DNA of 64,000 nt from positions 124,001 through 188,000 of the forward strand of contig JAUCBJ010006711.1 in NCBI GenBank assembly GCA_032718475.1, in the 5' to 3' direction. The DNA comes from Nemertoderma westbladi (lineage: Eukaryota; Animalia; Xenacoelomorpha). A model generated the notes under the pieces. It was not told where the DNA came from, did no database searches, and saw nothing but the letters and a program-made list of their open reading frames with translations. Position numbers and translations under genes: made by a program. Shown here piece after piece: positions 12,701-27,100 of the stretch (its first letter is position 1; each line of letters begins with the position of its first letter).

Positions 12701-15700
12701 TGGAGAGATAAGTAGCCTATCTCCCTGTTAATATTGTTGTGTTCTAGAATATTTATTATAGTTTCATCGTATTGCCAAAGTGACTAGAGCTGAAGTTGAC
12801 TCATAATACAATAATTCACCTCAAATATCTCAGCTATTTCATGAACATAATGAAGTATTAAATCAATGTCAAATTCCTTGGTATTTTTCTGCAATAATTT
12901 ATCAAAATATCCTCTGATTTTTTTCAAAAACCATATCAATTTTCATCTTTATAACTTCTATCCCACTCAACGAGATAAAGTATCTTAAATGAAAGTCAAA
13001 AGAACAGGTAACACTTACATTTATAGAAGTAATCAGCTGTTATTTGCTACGTCTTTCCGCTGGAGATGGATGAATTTTGATTGCGTTGGAACACCCCCCT
13101 ATCTGTGGCTTTCTGAGTGGAGAGATAAGTATCCTATCTCCCTATTAATATTGTTGTGTTCTAGAATATTTTTTATAGTTTCATCGTATTGCCAAAGTGA
13201 CTAGAGCTGAAGTTGTCTCATAATTCAATAATTCACCTCAAATATCTCAGCTATTTCATGAACATAATGAAGTATTAAATCCATGTCAAAATCCTTGGTA
13301 TTTTTCTGCAATAATTTATCAAAATATCCTCTGATTTTTTTCAAAAACCATATCAATTTTCATATTTATAACTTCTATCCCACTCCACGAGATAGAGAAT
13401 CTTAAATGAACGTCAAAAGAACAGGTAACACTTAAATTTATAGAAGTAATCAGCTGTTATTTGCTACGTCTTTCCGCTGGAGATGGATGAATTTTGATTG
13501 CGTTGGAACACCCCCTATCTGTGGCTTTCTGAGTGGAGAGATAAGTATCCTATCTCCCTATTAATATTGTTGTGTTCTAGAATATTTTTTATAGTTTCAT
13601 CGTATTGCCAAAGTGACTAGAGCTGAAGTTAACTCATAATACAATAATTCACCTCAAATATCTCAGCTATTTCATGAACATAATGAAGTATTAAAGCCAT
13701 GTCAAAATCATTGGTGTTTTTCTGCAATAATTTATCAAAATATCCTCAGATTTTTTTCAAAAACCACATCGATTTTCTTATTTATAACTTCTATCCCACT
13801 CCACGAGATAGAGAATCTTAAATGAATGTCAAAAGAACAGGTAACACTTACATTTATAGCAGTAATCAGCTGTTATTTGCTACGTCTTTCCGCTGGAGAT
13901 GGATTAATTTTGATTGCGTTGGAACACCCCCTATCTGTGGCTGTCTGAGAGGAGAGATAAGTAGCCTATCTCCCTGTTAATATTGTTGTGTTCTAGAATA
14001 TTTATTATAGTTTCATCGTATTGCCAAAGTGACTAGAGCTGAAGTTGACTCATAATACAATAATTCACCTCAAATATCTCAGCTATTTCATGAACATAAT
14101 GAAGTATTAAATCCATGTCAAATTCCTTGGTATTTTTCTGCAATAATTTATCAAAATATCCTCTGATTTTTTTCAAAAACCATATCAATTTTCATATTTA
14201 TAACTTCTATCCCACTCAGCGAGATAAAGTATCTTAAATGAAAGTCAAAAGAACAGGTAACACTTACATTTATAGAAGTAATCAGCTGTTATTTGCTTCG
14301 TCTTTCCGCTGGAGATGGATGAATTTTGATTGTGTCAGAACACCCCTATCTGTGGCTGTCTGAGTTGAGAGATAAGTAGCCTATCTCCCTATTAATATTG
14401 TTGTGTTCTAGAATATTTATTATAGTTTCATCGCATTGCTAAAGTGGCTGGAGCTAAAGTTATTATGTAATGCAATAATTCACCTCAAATATCTCAGCTA
14501 TTTCATGAACATAATGAAGTATTAAATCCATGTCAAAATCCTTGGTATTTTTCTGCAATAATTTATCAAAATATCCTCTGATTTTTTTCAAAAACCATAT
14601 CAATTTTCATATTTATAACTTCTATCCCACTCCACGAGATAAAGAATCTAAAATGAAAGTCAAAAGAACAGGTAACACTTACATTTATAGAAGTAATCAG
14701 CTGTTATTTGCTACGTCTTTCCGCTGGAGATGGATGAATTTTGATTGTGTCAGAACACCCCCTATCTGTGGCTGTCTGAGTTGAGAAATAAGTAGCCTAT
14801 CTCCCTATTAATATTGTTGTGTTCTAGAATATTTATTATAGTTTCATCGTATTGCTAAAGTGGCTGGAGCTAAAGTTATTATGTAATGCAATAATTCACC
14901 TCAAATATCTCAGCTATTTCATGAACATAATGAAGTATTAAATCCATGTCAAATTCCTTGGTATTTTTCTGCAATAATTTATCAAAATATCCTCTGATTT
15001 TTTTCAAAAACCATATCAATTTTCATATTTATAACTTCTATCCCACTCCACGAGATAAAGAATCTTAAATGAAAGTCAAAAGAAGAGGTAACACTTACAT
15101 TTATAGAAGTAATCAGCTGTTATTTGCTACGACTTTCCGCTGGAGATGGATGAATTTTGATTGTGTCAGAACACCCCCTATCTGTGGCTGTCTGAGTTGA
15201 GAAATAAGTAGCCTATCTCCCTATTAATATTGTTGTGTTCTAGAATATTTATTATAGTTTCATCGTATTGCTAAAGTGGCTGGAGCTAGAGTTATTATGT
15301 AATGCAATAATTCACCTCAAATATCTCAGCTATTTCATGAACATAATCAAGTATTAAAGCCATGTCAAAATCCTTGGTGTTTTTCTGCAATAATTTATCA
15401 AAATATCCTCTGATTTTTTACAAAAATCATATCGATTTTCATATTTATAACTTCTATCCCACTCCACGAGATAGAGAATCTTAAATTAACGTCAAAAGAA
15501 CAGGTAACACTTACATTTATAGCAGTAATCAGCTGTTATTTGCTACGTCTTTCCGCTGGAGATGGATGAATTTTGATTGCGTTGGAACACCCCCTATCTG
15601 TGGCTGTCTGAGTGGAGAGATAAGTAGCCTATCTCCCTGTTAATATTGTTGTGTTCTAGAATATTTTTTATAGTTTCATCGTATTGCCAAAGTGACTAGA

Positions 15701-16395
15701 GCTGAAGTTAACTGATAATACAATAATTCACCTCAAATATCTCAGCTATTTCATGAACATAATGAAGTATTAAAGCCATGTCAAAATCATTGGTGTTTTT
15801 CTGCAATAATTTATCAAAATATCCTCTGATTTTTTTCAAAAACCACATCGATTTTCTTATTTATAACTTCTATCCCACTCCACGAGATAGAGAATCTTAA
15901 ATGAACGTCAAAAGAACAGGTAACACTTACATTTATAGCAGTAATCAGCTGTTATTTGCTACGTCTTTCCGCTGGAGGTGGATGAATTTTGATTGCGTTG
16001 GAACACCCCCTATCTATGGCTGTCTGAGTTGAGAGATAAGTAGCCTATCTCCCTATTAATATTGTTGTGTTCTAGAATATTTATTATAGTTTCATCGCAT
16101 TGCTAAAGTGGCTGGAGCTAAAGTTATTATGTAATGCAATAATTCACCTCAAATATCTCAGCTATTTCATGAACATAATGAAGTATTAAATCCATGTCAA
16201 AATCCTTGGTATTTTTCTGCAATAATTTATCAAAATATCCTCTGATTTTTTTCAAAAACCATATCAATTTTCATATTTATAACTTCTATCCCACTCCACG
16301 AGATAAAAAATCTAAAATGAAAGTCAAAAGAACAGGTAACACTTACATTTATAGAAGTAATCAGCTGTTATTTGCTACGTCTTTCCGCTGGAGAT
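6789..16395. repeat. Tandem satellite array (segment 2)
   Basis: Same monomer resumes exactly at the interruption point (TTATAGCAGTAATCAG); variant blocks repeat at 2905 bp (10084 vs 12989). Confidence 0.98.
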
Positions 16396-16887
16396 TGTTA
16401 GCTTATTCAATCCCGCTAACACCCCATAAAGTTAAGCCGATAAGCAATATTGGGGGCCACGAGATTGAGTAATCAATCACTCGTGCCACCCCAACAAAAT
16501 GGGAAGGAGAAACACACAATGAGGGTCAGGGGCCAAACCACTAACCCAGAGAGAACAGGTGGAGTGAACGGGAACACTCCAAAGGGCGCCAACAAGGGTA
16601 TCAACCAATCAGAGGGGGGAAAGGCATCGATTAGGTAGAGTAACAAGGCCAACCGTGCAATATAGCCAGTTGGCAGTAATCACTTTACTCAGTTATCTCA
16701 GTATCATATTGGTGCTAGTTAGGTTAGTTAGTTTAGCTAGGGAAGGACCGGGACTTTAATTACCATTTCCCGCCTTCTGTGTACGACATCATATATCTAT
16801 ATCTATATCTTTTACCTGAATATTATACGCGACAAACAACATAAACCCTTTCACTCTTCACACACGGCGGGGACGCGTAAATTAACA
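16396..16887 (+). repeat. Putative 5' LTR of BEL-A copy 1 (~492 bp)
   Basis: TGTTA...TAACA terminal inverted repeat; 3' boundary inferred because no 3' LTR is in the window. Confidence 0.6.
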
Positions 16888-17011
16888 AACGGATAAACCG
16901 GGATCCTCCCTGGATCCCGTCACAGTAATTAAACCCGTCGGTGGCACAGTAATTAAACTCAGAGCTGCCGACCTAGCTAGCTAAACTACCAGCCACCAAT
17001 CACCAAGCGAG

Positions 17012-20000
17012 ATGATTCAGTCGAGAGAGACAACGCCGACGCGGACCCCAGACGAAGAATTAACGATCCGCGAGGCCGCAACCAGGCGGTACAGGCCCAC
17101 AACGCCGGACCCATCGGTAACCGGTCATCCGGCAGTTCAAGACGAGGGGGGCCGCCTGGAACCCGAGGTCGAGCCGAGAGAAGGAGAGAGCGAGACGGAG
17201 GGAGAAGGAGACGAGTCGACACGGGACGTGGGTCGACATACTGATGTCGCCGGCCAGCCACAGGCCGAGGGCGACGAGCGGCCCACCGAAACGGCGACGG
17301 TGGGGCCGACGGTACGACGCCGGACCCGGAGAGATGGAGGAGATGTCGATACCGATGTCGCCGGCCAGCTACAGGCCGAGGGCGACGAACGGCCCACCGA
17401 AACGGCGACGGTGGGACGCCGGTACGACGTCGGACCCGGAGAGACGGAAGAGAGGTCGGCGACGAGGACGTCGGGGTTTCTGATCGACTTCGACGGGCCT
17501 ACAACGCGACCCAGAAACTGCTAAAGGAGGCCAAAGAGGGGGCGAAGATAGACGAGGTTAGACTGAGGAAACGACTAGGTGAGTCGAATAAACACTTTAA
17601 TTATCTAATGCGCTTTGGGCAAAGAGAACTGGCCAAGGAGAGAGCGAGGGGAGTTGCCGAGGAACTGTATGACTTGTGGCGGTGTAGGGGTATGGAACCT
17701 AGCGTAGTGTACGTAGGGCCATACTTAGTCGATGCTCGGGGACTAAAATTAGTGGGTTGGGAGAGACCTGAGGAGGGCGAATCCGAAGATTCGGCCTCGT
17801 CGGTCGGAGGAAGTTCCGGGAGGCGGGGGAAAGTCAGTAGGTCGGGAAGGCGGAGGGAATCCGTCGTAACCGATAAGTCTGCTACATCCTCCGCGAAAGG
17901 AAGACGGGTGAGAGAGATAAATGCCACGTACCATCTCGATTTGATAGAGCAAGGTCAAAGGGAAGTAGGTAGACGGTTAGAGGAGGGGAGAGTGCTGCTA
18001 GAGTGGGAAATGGCATTGATTAAAGAAACCGGAGAGAGGGCCGAAAGGGCTGCGAGAAGCCTTAGGGAGTGTGAGGAAGTAGGGAGGAAGGAACAAGAAG
18101 AGCGTGAGGCGGAACGTAGGGAACGTGTAGTGAGAGAGAAAAATGAGCGCAAAGAGCGTGAGGCGGAACGTAAGGAACGTGTAGCGAGAGAGGAAAATGA
18201 GTGCAAAGAACGCAAGGTGAGAGTGGAAAACTAGTGCAAAGAACGCGAGGCGAGAGAGGAAAACGAACGCAGAGAGCGTGAGGCGAGACGAAGGGAGGAG
18301 GCTAGAAGAGAGTTGGAATTGGCCGAGCGGGATGCACGGGAGTGTAGGGAGAGAATGGCAAGAAAGGAGTATGAGCGAGAAGAGCTGGAGAAACGTCAAG
18401 GTGAGCTTACAAGGTACAAAGCTATACATACGCGCGAACGGGAACTGGCGCGAATAGGGGCGTCTGAGAGTGGGGCAAGCTCGAGTATTTTCGAGGAGCC
18501 AGGGGCTGTGGATACATTTATTAATACCCCACTTACAGGGACCGCACGACAGACCCAAGACTGGTGTGACCGTACAGGTGGGGGGGGGGGGGGGTGGTAA
18601 TAATAATGCTACAGTAGACATCGTTAATATTAATAGTACCGTATTGGATAACCCTAATCCCTTTATTGCAGCAAATAATGCTTTACCTAGTAGCAGTAAT
18701 TTAAATTTAAATACAAATAATAATTTCAATTTGAAGGTGCAAAATAATCCGAATAATAATTTAAATTTAGAAAATAATAATAATTCAAATAATTTGAGTA
18801 ATGATCCAAGCCCGAATTTACAAAATAATTCAAATGATTTTGTTTCAAACGAACAAATTAATTCCGTTTCCAATATGGGTGCTATTAACGTGAACACGTC
18901 GGGCGTGTATGGCCAGGCAGAAGGGGGCCTGGTAGGCCACGTAGTTGGTAGGCAGGGAGTGGCTGGGTTGGGTAGACCCAGCGAGGGCCTGGTAGGCCAC
19001 GTAGTTGGTAGGCAGGGAGTAGAGGGCCTGGTAGGCCACGCAATAGCAGAAGGAGAGGCGGGGGTGAATAGACCCGACCGCGGTAGGGTTGATGTGTCGA
19101 CTGGAGAGGGATATAGTAGCGGGATGAGAGATAGCGAAGTTAGATGTGGCGAGTGGGGGGGGGGGGGGCTACAGGGGCCCCACAACAGCGAGTTAGCGGC
19201 GAAAAGGGGGGGCAGAGAGTGTCCCACAGCCGTCAGCGGATAATGCGCGGGCCGAAATAGGTAAACCGCAACACCCGGCGATGGAAAGCAATAGGGGGAT
19301 TGCGAGTATCCCCAGCTGCGTGCGACCGAGCAGAGAGAGACAGGTTGACGTCGTAAGAGGGCGGACGAAGCGTCGAGCCCAATCAGAAGAGGGAAGAAGA
19401 ACAGTGGGGTTTAACCGGGAGGTCGACGAGAGATCTCACGAGCGGGAATACTCCACTGAAAGGAGAAGAAGAGAAGACAGTAGTAGAAGTATCGCCGCGA
19501 ACGATAGAAGAGCGAGGACGGATAGCGAGCCGTCGGTAGTCGAGATGAGAACAGAGAGTCAGTGGGGTCGGACTCCGGGAGATTGCCGTCGCCCCGAGAG
19601 ATGCGACCTGGTGAGGCGCATTACGCGCCGATGGAGGGGTACGCGATGTACCGGTACGAAGACGAGAACAGTAGAGGGGGGGATCGAAGAGAAACTTTCC
19701 GACGGAATATACCTACCGATCGAGAATACGGTAGCCGCGGGGAGGACTATTCGAGAAGAATAAACTTCGATCCCGAGCGACACATGCAGACTGTAGGACA
19801 TACTGTAGGCCTTACTGCACATACCGTAGGCCATACGGACAGAGGCAATGTAGGCAATAGGATAGCGCGGACGACGGGATTAAACCCGGAAGTCGCGGAA
19901 TACATACCGGCGAGTAGGCCAGAAGCTGATAGGCCTATACCGGTACCAGTACAGCAGTATGACTACAGCATGCAGGGACATAACATATACCCAGGGGAGG

Positions 20001-21161
20001 GGGGAATTATTGCGGATAGGTGTATGGGCCCCAACATATTAACATCAACCCCAGTACCAAAGATACCGGTGGGGGGGGGGGGGGGCAGGGTGACATTCCC
20101 CCATCACAATATCAACAATATACCCCGATAGGAGCAAGAACAACGAGACCCTTGGATGAAAATAGGTCGTGCAACACAGAAATTTGGAGGGGGCCGCTAC
20201 CCCCGATGACATATCCAAGTCAAAGGAAAGGTGGAAATAGGACAGACGGACCGCACCAGACAGGAGAAACTATACAACATCCATCGAACCCATTGGAGGC
20301 ACAGGCAATGGGGATGGCCACGTTGATCGATGCGTTGAAAACGAGGATCGAGTTACCACCCGTGGAACCATTCAAATTCGATGGGAGTAGGCCGGAAGAA
20401 TATCTACAGTTTCGGCGCATGTATAGTAACGAAATACTAACAAAAAACGTGACGCAGGCGGAGTGCCTAAAATATCTGCAAGTATACACGGGAGGCCCAG
20501 CATACGATATCGTGAGGCAATACCAAGGCATAGAGGGCGGCTTCACGACAGCATGGCGGGCACTGGATAGGGAATACGGGCACCCGGCCAAGATCATCAG
20601 GCAGACACTGAGAGGCATAACATCGGGTGGCCTACAGGATAATCCCGTTAGCATTAAGACGTTCGCTAACAAAGTCGAAAAGGCGCTAATCGTGCTGAAG
20701 ACGCTAGACGCGCCATACGAACTCAACGCGTCCAACAACATCCACCACGATAGCGCAGGCACTACCGAACTGGCTGCGCAACAAGTGGAGGAAGATCGCT
20801 TTCTCCACTCGAGACAAGAAGGGTGTGGAACCGGGTTTAGAAGAAATGTCAAGCTTCTTAAACTACGAGGCTGAACTAATAACTGACCCAGTATATAGCG
20901 AAGATAGCCTGGGAAAGGGACCGAAGACGGATTACCATAGACCGAAACCAGAGCACAATACATCAAACGCATTACCAAGGCTCAGGCAATCATTGCCATA
21001 TGCAGCAACGCAGGGGACTACAAGTCCACAGATAGCCGAAAGTAAGACCACACCATGGAACGAACAGGGGAACAATAACAACACGAATAAATATAACCCC
21101 AGTATGTCCAGTAGGCCGAATCCAAACAATAAGAATAGTAGGGACTTTGGTACAAACGCAG
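17012..21161 (+). pseudogene. Disrupted gag region of BEL-A copy 1
   Basis: Chain of partial ORFs (17012, 17608, 18313, 18470, 19281, 19562, 20020, 20825) with an E/R-rich coiled coil and Pao gag-like LPPVEPFKFDGSRPEEYLQFRRMY; in-frame TAG at 18232 and several frameshifts. Confidence 0.85.
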
Positions 21162-24100
21162 TCTGTCGTGGCTGTCTGAGTGGAGAGATAAGTAGCCTAT
21201 CTCTCTGTTAATATTGTTGTGTTCTAGAATATTTATTATAGTTTCATCGTATTGCCAAAGTGACTAGAGCTGAAGTTGACTCATAATACAATAATTCACC
21301 TCAAATATCTCAGCTATTTCATGAACATAATGAAGTATTAAATCCATGTCAAATTCCTTGGTATTTTTTAGCAATAATTTATCAAAATATCCTCTGATGT
21401 TTTTCAAAAACCATATCGATTTTCATATTTATAACTTCTATCCCACTCCACGAGATAGAGAATCTTAAATGAACGTCAAAAGAACAGGTAACACTTACAT
21501 TGATAGCAGTAATCAGCTGTTATTTGCTACGTCTTTCCGAGGGAGATGGATTAATTTTGATTGCGTTGGAACACCCCCTATCTGTGGCTTTCTGAGTGGA
21601 GAGATAAGTATCCTATCTCCCTATTAATGTTGTTGTGTTCTAGAATATTTTTTATAGTTTCATCGTATTGCCAAAGTGACTAGAGCTGAAGTTAACTCAT
21701 AATACAATAATTCACCTCAAATATCTCAGCTATTTCATGAACATAATGAAGTATTAAAGCCATGTCAAAATCATTGGTGTTTTTCTGCAATAATTTATCA
21801 AAATATCCTCTGATTTTTTTCAAAAACCATATCGATTTTCTTATTTATAACTTCTATCCCACTCCACGAGATAGAGAATCTTAAATGAACGTCAAAAGAA
21901 CAGGTATTACTTACATTTATAGCAGTAATCAGCTGTAATTTGCTACGTCTTTCCGCTGGAGATGGATGAATTTTGATTGCGTTGGAACACCACCTATCTG
22001 TGGCTGTCTGAGTTGAGAGATAAGTAGCCTATCTCCCTATTAATATTGTTGTGTTCTAGAATATTTATTATAGTTTCATCGCATTGCTAAAGTGGCTGGA
22101 GCTAAAGTTATTATGTAATGCAATAATTCACCTCAAATATCTCAGCTATTTCATGAACATAATGAAGTATTAAATCCATGTCAAAATCCTTGGTATTTTT
22201 CTGCAATAATTTAACAAAATATCCTTGATTTTTTTCAAAAACCATATCAATTTTCATATTTATAACTTCTATCCCACTCCACGAGATAAAGAATCTAAAA
22301 TGAAAGTCAAAATAACAGGTAACACTTACATTTATAGAAGTAATCAGCTGTTATTTGCTACGTCTTTCCGCTGGAGATGGATGAATTTTGAGTGTGTCAG
22401 AACACCCCCTATCTGTGGCTGTCTGAGTTGAGAAATAAGTAGCATATCTCCCTATTAATATTGTTGTGTTCTAGAATATTTATTATAGTTTCATCGTATT
22501 GCTAAAGTGGCTGGAGCTAAAGTTATTATGTAATGCAATAATTCACCTCAAATATCTCAGCTATTTCATGAACATAATGAAGTATTAAAGCCATGTCAAA
22601 ATCCTTGGTGTTTTTCTGCAATAATTTATCAAAATATCCTCTGATTTTTTACAAAAACCATATCGATTTTCATATTTATAACTTCTATCCCACTCCACGA
22701 GATAGAGAATCTTAAATGAACGTCAAAAGAACAGGTAACACTTACATTTATAGAAGTAATCAGCTGTTATTTGCTTCGTCTTTCCGCTGGAGATGGATGA
22801 ATTTTGATTGCGTTGGAACACCCCAACACTTACATTTATAGCAGTAATCAGCTGTTATTTGCTACGTCTTTCCGCTGGAGATGGATGAATTTTGATTGCG
22901 TTGGAACACCCCCTATCTGTGGCTGTCTGAGTGGAGAGATAAGTAGCCTATCTCGCTGTTAATATTGTTGTGTTCTAGAATATTTATTATAGTTTCATCG
23001 TATTGCCAAAGTGACTAGAGCTGAAGTTGACTCATAATACAATAATTCACCTCAAATATCTCAGCTATTTCATGAACATAATGAAGTATTAAATCCATGT
23101 CAAATTCCTTGGTATTTTTTTGCAATAATTTATCAAAATATCCTCTGATTTTTTTCAAAAACCACATCGATTTTCTTATTTATAACTTCTATCCCACTCC
23201 ACGAGATAGAGAATCTTAAATGAACGTCAAAAGAACAGGTAACACTTACAATTATAGCAGTAATCAGCTGTTATTTGCTACGTCTTCCCGCTGGAGATGG
23301 ATGAATTTTGATTGCGTTGGAACACCCCCTATCTGTGGCTGTCTGAGTGGAGAGATAAGTAGCCTATCTCCCTGTTAATATTGTTGTGTTCTAGAATATT
23401 TATTATAGTTTCATCGTATTGCCAAAGTGACTAGAGCTGAAGTTAACTCATAATACAATAATTCACCTCAAATATCTCAGCTATTTCATGAACATAATGA
23501 AGTATTAAAGCCATGTCAAAATCATTGGTGTTTTTCTGCAATAATTTATCAAAATATCCTCTGATTTTTTTCAAAAACCACATCGATTTTCTTATTTATA
23601 ACTTCTATCCCACTCCACGAGATAGAGAATCTTAAATGAACGTCAAAAGAACAGGTAACACTTACATTTATAGCAGTAATCAGCTGTTATTTGCTACGTC
23701 TTTCCGCTGGAGATGGATTAATTTTGATTGCGTTGGAACACCCCCTATCTGTGGCTGTCTGAGTGGAGAGATAAGTAGCCTATCTCCCTGTTAATATTGT
23801 TGTGTTCTAGAATATTTATTATAGTTTCATCCTATTGCCAAAGTGACTAGAGCTGAAGTTGACTCATAATACAATAATTCACCTCAAATATCTCACCTAT
23901 TTCATGAACATAATGAAGTATTAAATCCATGTCAAATTCCTTGGTATTTTTCTGCAATAATTTATCAAAATATTCTCTGTTCAAAAACCATATCAATTTT
24001 CATATTTATAACTTCTATCCCACTCAACGAGATAAAGTATCTTAAATGAAAGTCAAAAGAACAGGTAACACTTACATTTATAGAAGTAATCAGCTGTTAT

Positions 24101-27100
24101 TTGCTTCGTCTTTCCACTGGAGATGGATGAATCTTGATTGTGTCAGAACACCCCTATCTGTGGCTGTCTGAGTTGAGAGATAAGTAGCCTATCTCCCTAT
24201 TAATATTGTTGTGTTCTAGAATATTTATTATAGTTTCATCGCATTGCTAAAGTGGCTGGAGCTAAAGTTATTATGTAATGCAATAATTCACCTCAAATAT
24301 CTCAGCTATTTCATGAACATAATGAAGTATTAAATCCATGTCAAAATCCTTGGTATTTTTCTGCAATAATTTATCAAAATATCCTCTTATTTTTTTTCAA
24401 AAACCATATCAATTTTCATATTTATAACTTCTATCCCACTCCACGAGATAAAGAATCTAAAATGAAAGTCAAAAGAACAGGTAACACTTACATTTATAGA
24501 AGTAATCAGCTGTTATTTGCTACGTCTTTCCGCTGGAGATGGATGAATTTTGAGTGTGTCAGAACACCCCCTATCTGTGGCTGTCTGAGTTGAGAAATAA
24601 GTAGCCTATCTCCCTATTAATATTGTTGTGTTCTAGAATATTTATTATAGTTTCATCGTATTGCTAAAGTGGCTGGAGCTAAAGTTATTATGTAATGCAA
24701 TAATTCACCTCAAATATCTCAGCTATTTCATGAACATAATGAAGTATTAAAGCCATGTCAAAATCCTTGGTGTTTTTCTGCAATAATTTAACAAAATATC
24801 CTCTGATTTTTTACAAAAACCATATCGATTTTCATATTTATAACTTCTATCCCACTCCACGAGATAGAGAATCTTAAATGAACGTCAAAAGAACAGGTAA
24901 CACTTACATTTATAGCAGTAATCAGCTGTTATTTGCAACGTCTTTCCGCTGGAGATGGATTAATTTTGATTGCGTTGGAACACCCCCTATCTGTGGCTTT
25001 CTGAGTGGAGAGATAAGTATCCTATCTCCCTATTAATATTGTTGTGTTCTAGAATATTTTTTATAGTTTCATCGTATTGCCAAAGTGACTAGAGCTGAAG
25101 TTAACTCATAATACAATAATTCACCTCAAATATCTCAGCTATTTCATGAACATAATGAAGTATTAAAGCCATGTCAAAATCATTGGTGTTTTTCTGCAAT
25201 AATTTATCAAAATATCCTCTGATTTTTATCAAAAACCACATCGATTTTCTTATTTATAACTTCTATCCCACTCCACGAGATAGAGAATCTTAAATGAACG
25301 TCAAAAGAACAGGTAACACTTACATTTATAGCAGTAATCAGCTGTTATTTGCTACGTCTTCCCGCTGGAGATGGATGAATTTTGATTGCGTTGGAACACC
25401 CCCTATCTGTGGCTGTCTGAGTGGCGTGATAAGTAGCCTATCTCCCTGTTAATATTGTTGTGTTCTAGAATATTTATTATAGTTTCATCGTATTGCCAAA
25501 GTGACTAGAGCTGAAGTTGACTCATAATACAATAATTCACCTCAAATATCTCAGCTATTTCATGAACATAATGAAGTATTAAATCAATGTCAAATTCCTT
25601 GGTATTTTTCTGCAATAATTTATCAAAATATCCTCTGATTTTTTTCAAAAACCATATCAATTTTCATCTTTATAACTTCTATCCCACTCAACGAGATAAA
25701 GTATCTTAAATGAAAGTCAAAAGAACAGGTAACACTTACATTTATAGAAGTAATCAGCTGTTATTTGCTACGTCTTTCCGCTGGAGATGGATGAATTTTG
25801 ATTGCGTTGGAACACCCCCCTATCTGTGACTTTCTGAGTGGAGAGATAAGTATCCTATCTCCCTATTAATATTGTTGTGTTCTAGAATATTTTTTATAGT
25901 TTCATCGTATTGCCAAAGTGACTAGAGCTGAAGTTGTCTCATAATTCAATAATTCACCTCAAATATCTCAGCTATTTCATGAACATAATGAAGTATTAAA
26001 TCCATGTCAAAATCCTTGGTATTTTTCTGCAATAATTTATCAAAATATCCTCTGATTTTTTTCAAAAACCATATCAATTTTCATATTTATAACTTCTATC
26101 CCACTCCACGAGATAGAGAATCTTAAATGAACGTCAAAAGAACAGGTAACACTTAAATTTATAGAAGTAATCAGCTGTTATTTGCTACGTCTTTCCGCTG
26201 GAGATGGATGAATTTTGATTGCGTTGGAACACCCCCTATCTGTGGCTTTCTGAGTGGAGAGATAAGTATCCTATCTTCCTATTAATATTGTTGTGTTCTA
26301 GAATATTTTTTATAGTTTCATCGTATTGCCAAAGTGACTAGAGCTGAAGTTAAATCATAATACAATAATTCACCTCAAATATCTCAGCTATTTCATGAAC
26401 ATAATGAAGTATTAAAGCCATGTCAAAATCATTGGTGTTTTTCTGCAATAATTTATCAAAATATCCTCAGATTTTTTTCAAAAACCACATCATTTTCTTA
26501 TTTATAACTTCTATCCCACTCCACGAGATAGAGAATCTTAAATGAATGTCAAAAGAACAGGTAACACTTACATTTATAGCAGTAATCAGCTGTTATTTGC
26601 TACGTCTTTCCGCTGGAGATGGATTAATTTTGATTGCGTTGGAACACCCCCTATCTGTGGCTGTCTGAGAGGAGAGATAAGTAGCCTATCTCCCTGTTAA
26701 TATTGTTGTGTTCTAGAATATTTATTATAGTTTCATCGTATTGCCAAAGTGACTAGAGCTGAAGTTGACTCATAATACAATAATTCACCTCAAATATCTC
26801 AGCTATTTCATGAACATAATGAAGTATTAAATCCATGTCAAATTCCTTGGTATTTTTCTGCAATAATTTATCAAAATATCCTCTGATTTTTTTCAAAAAC
26901 CACATCGATTTTCTTATTTATAACTTCTATCCCACTCCACGAGATAGAGAATCTTAAATGAATGTCAAAAGAACAGGTAACACTTACATTTATAGAAGTA
27001 ATCAGCTGTTATTTGCTACGTCTTTCCGCTGGAGATGGATGAATTTTGAGTGTGTCAGAACACCCCCTATCTGTGGCTGTCTGAGTTGAGAAATAAGTAG

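Larger units (their letters stand above)
16396..21161 (+). mobile_element. BEL/Pao LTR retrotransposon BEL-A, copy 1, 3'-truncated (5' LTR + partial gag)
   Basis: Starts TGTTA after satellite GGAGAT; near-identical to 35356-40122; ends abruptly at ...AACGCAG before the gag zinc knuckle and returns to satellite. Confidence 0.93.

Noticed and set aside
16391-16400. Site-specific integration of BEL-A into the satellite
   Set aside because: Shared lesions and shared immediate flank favour duplication of a single insertion; not supported from this window alone.
17998-19227. Antisense ORFs over gag/pol (409 aa here, also 20220-20978, 36958-37857, 40634-41302 and those over 50000-57400)
   Set aside because: Shadows of purine-rich or repetitive coding sequence on the other strand; no recognisable motifs.
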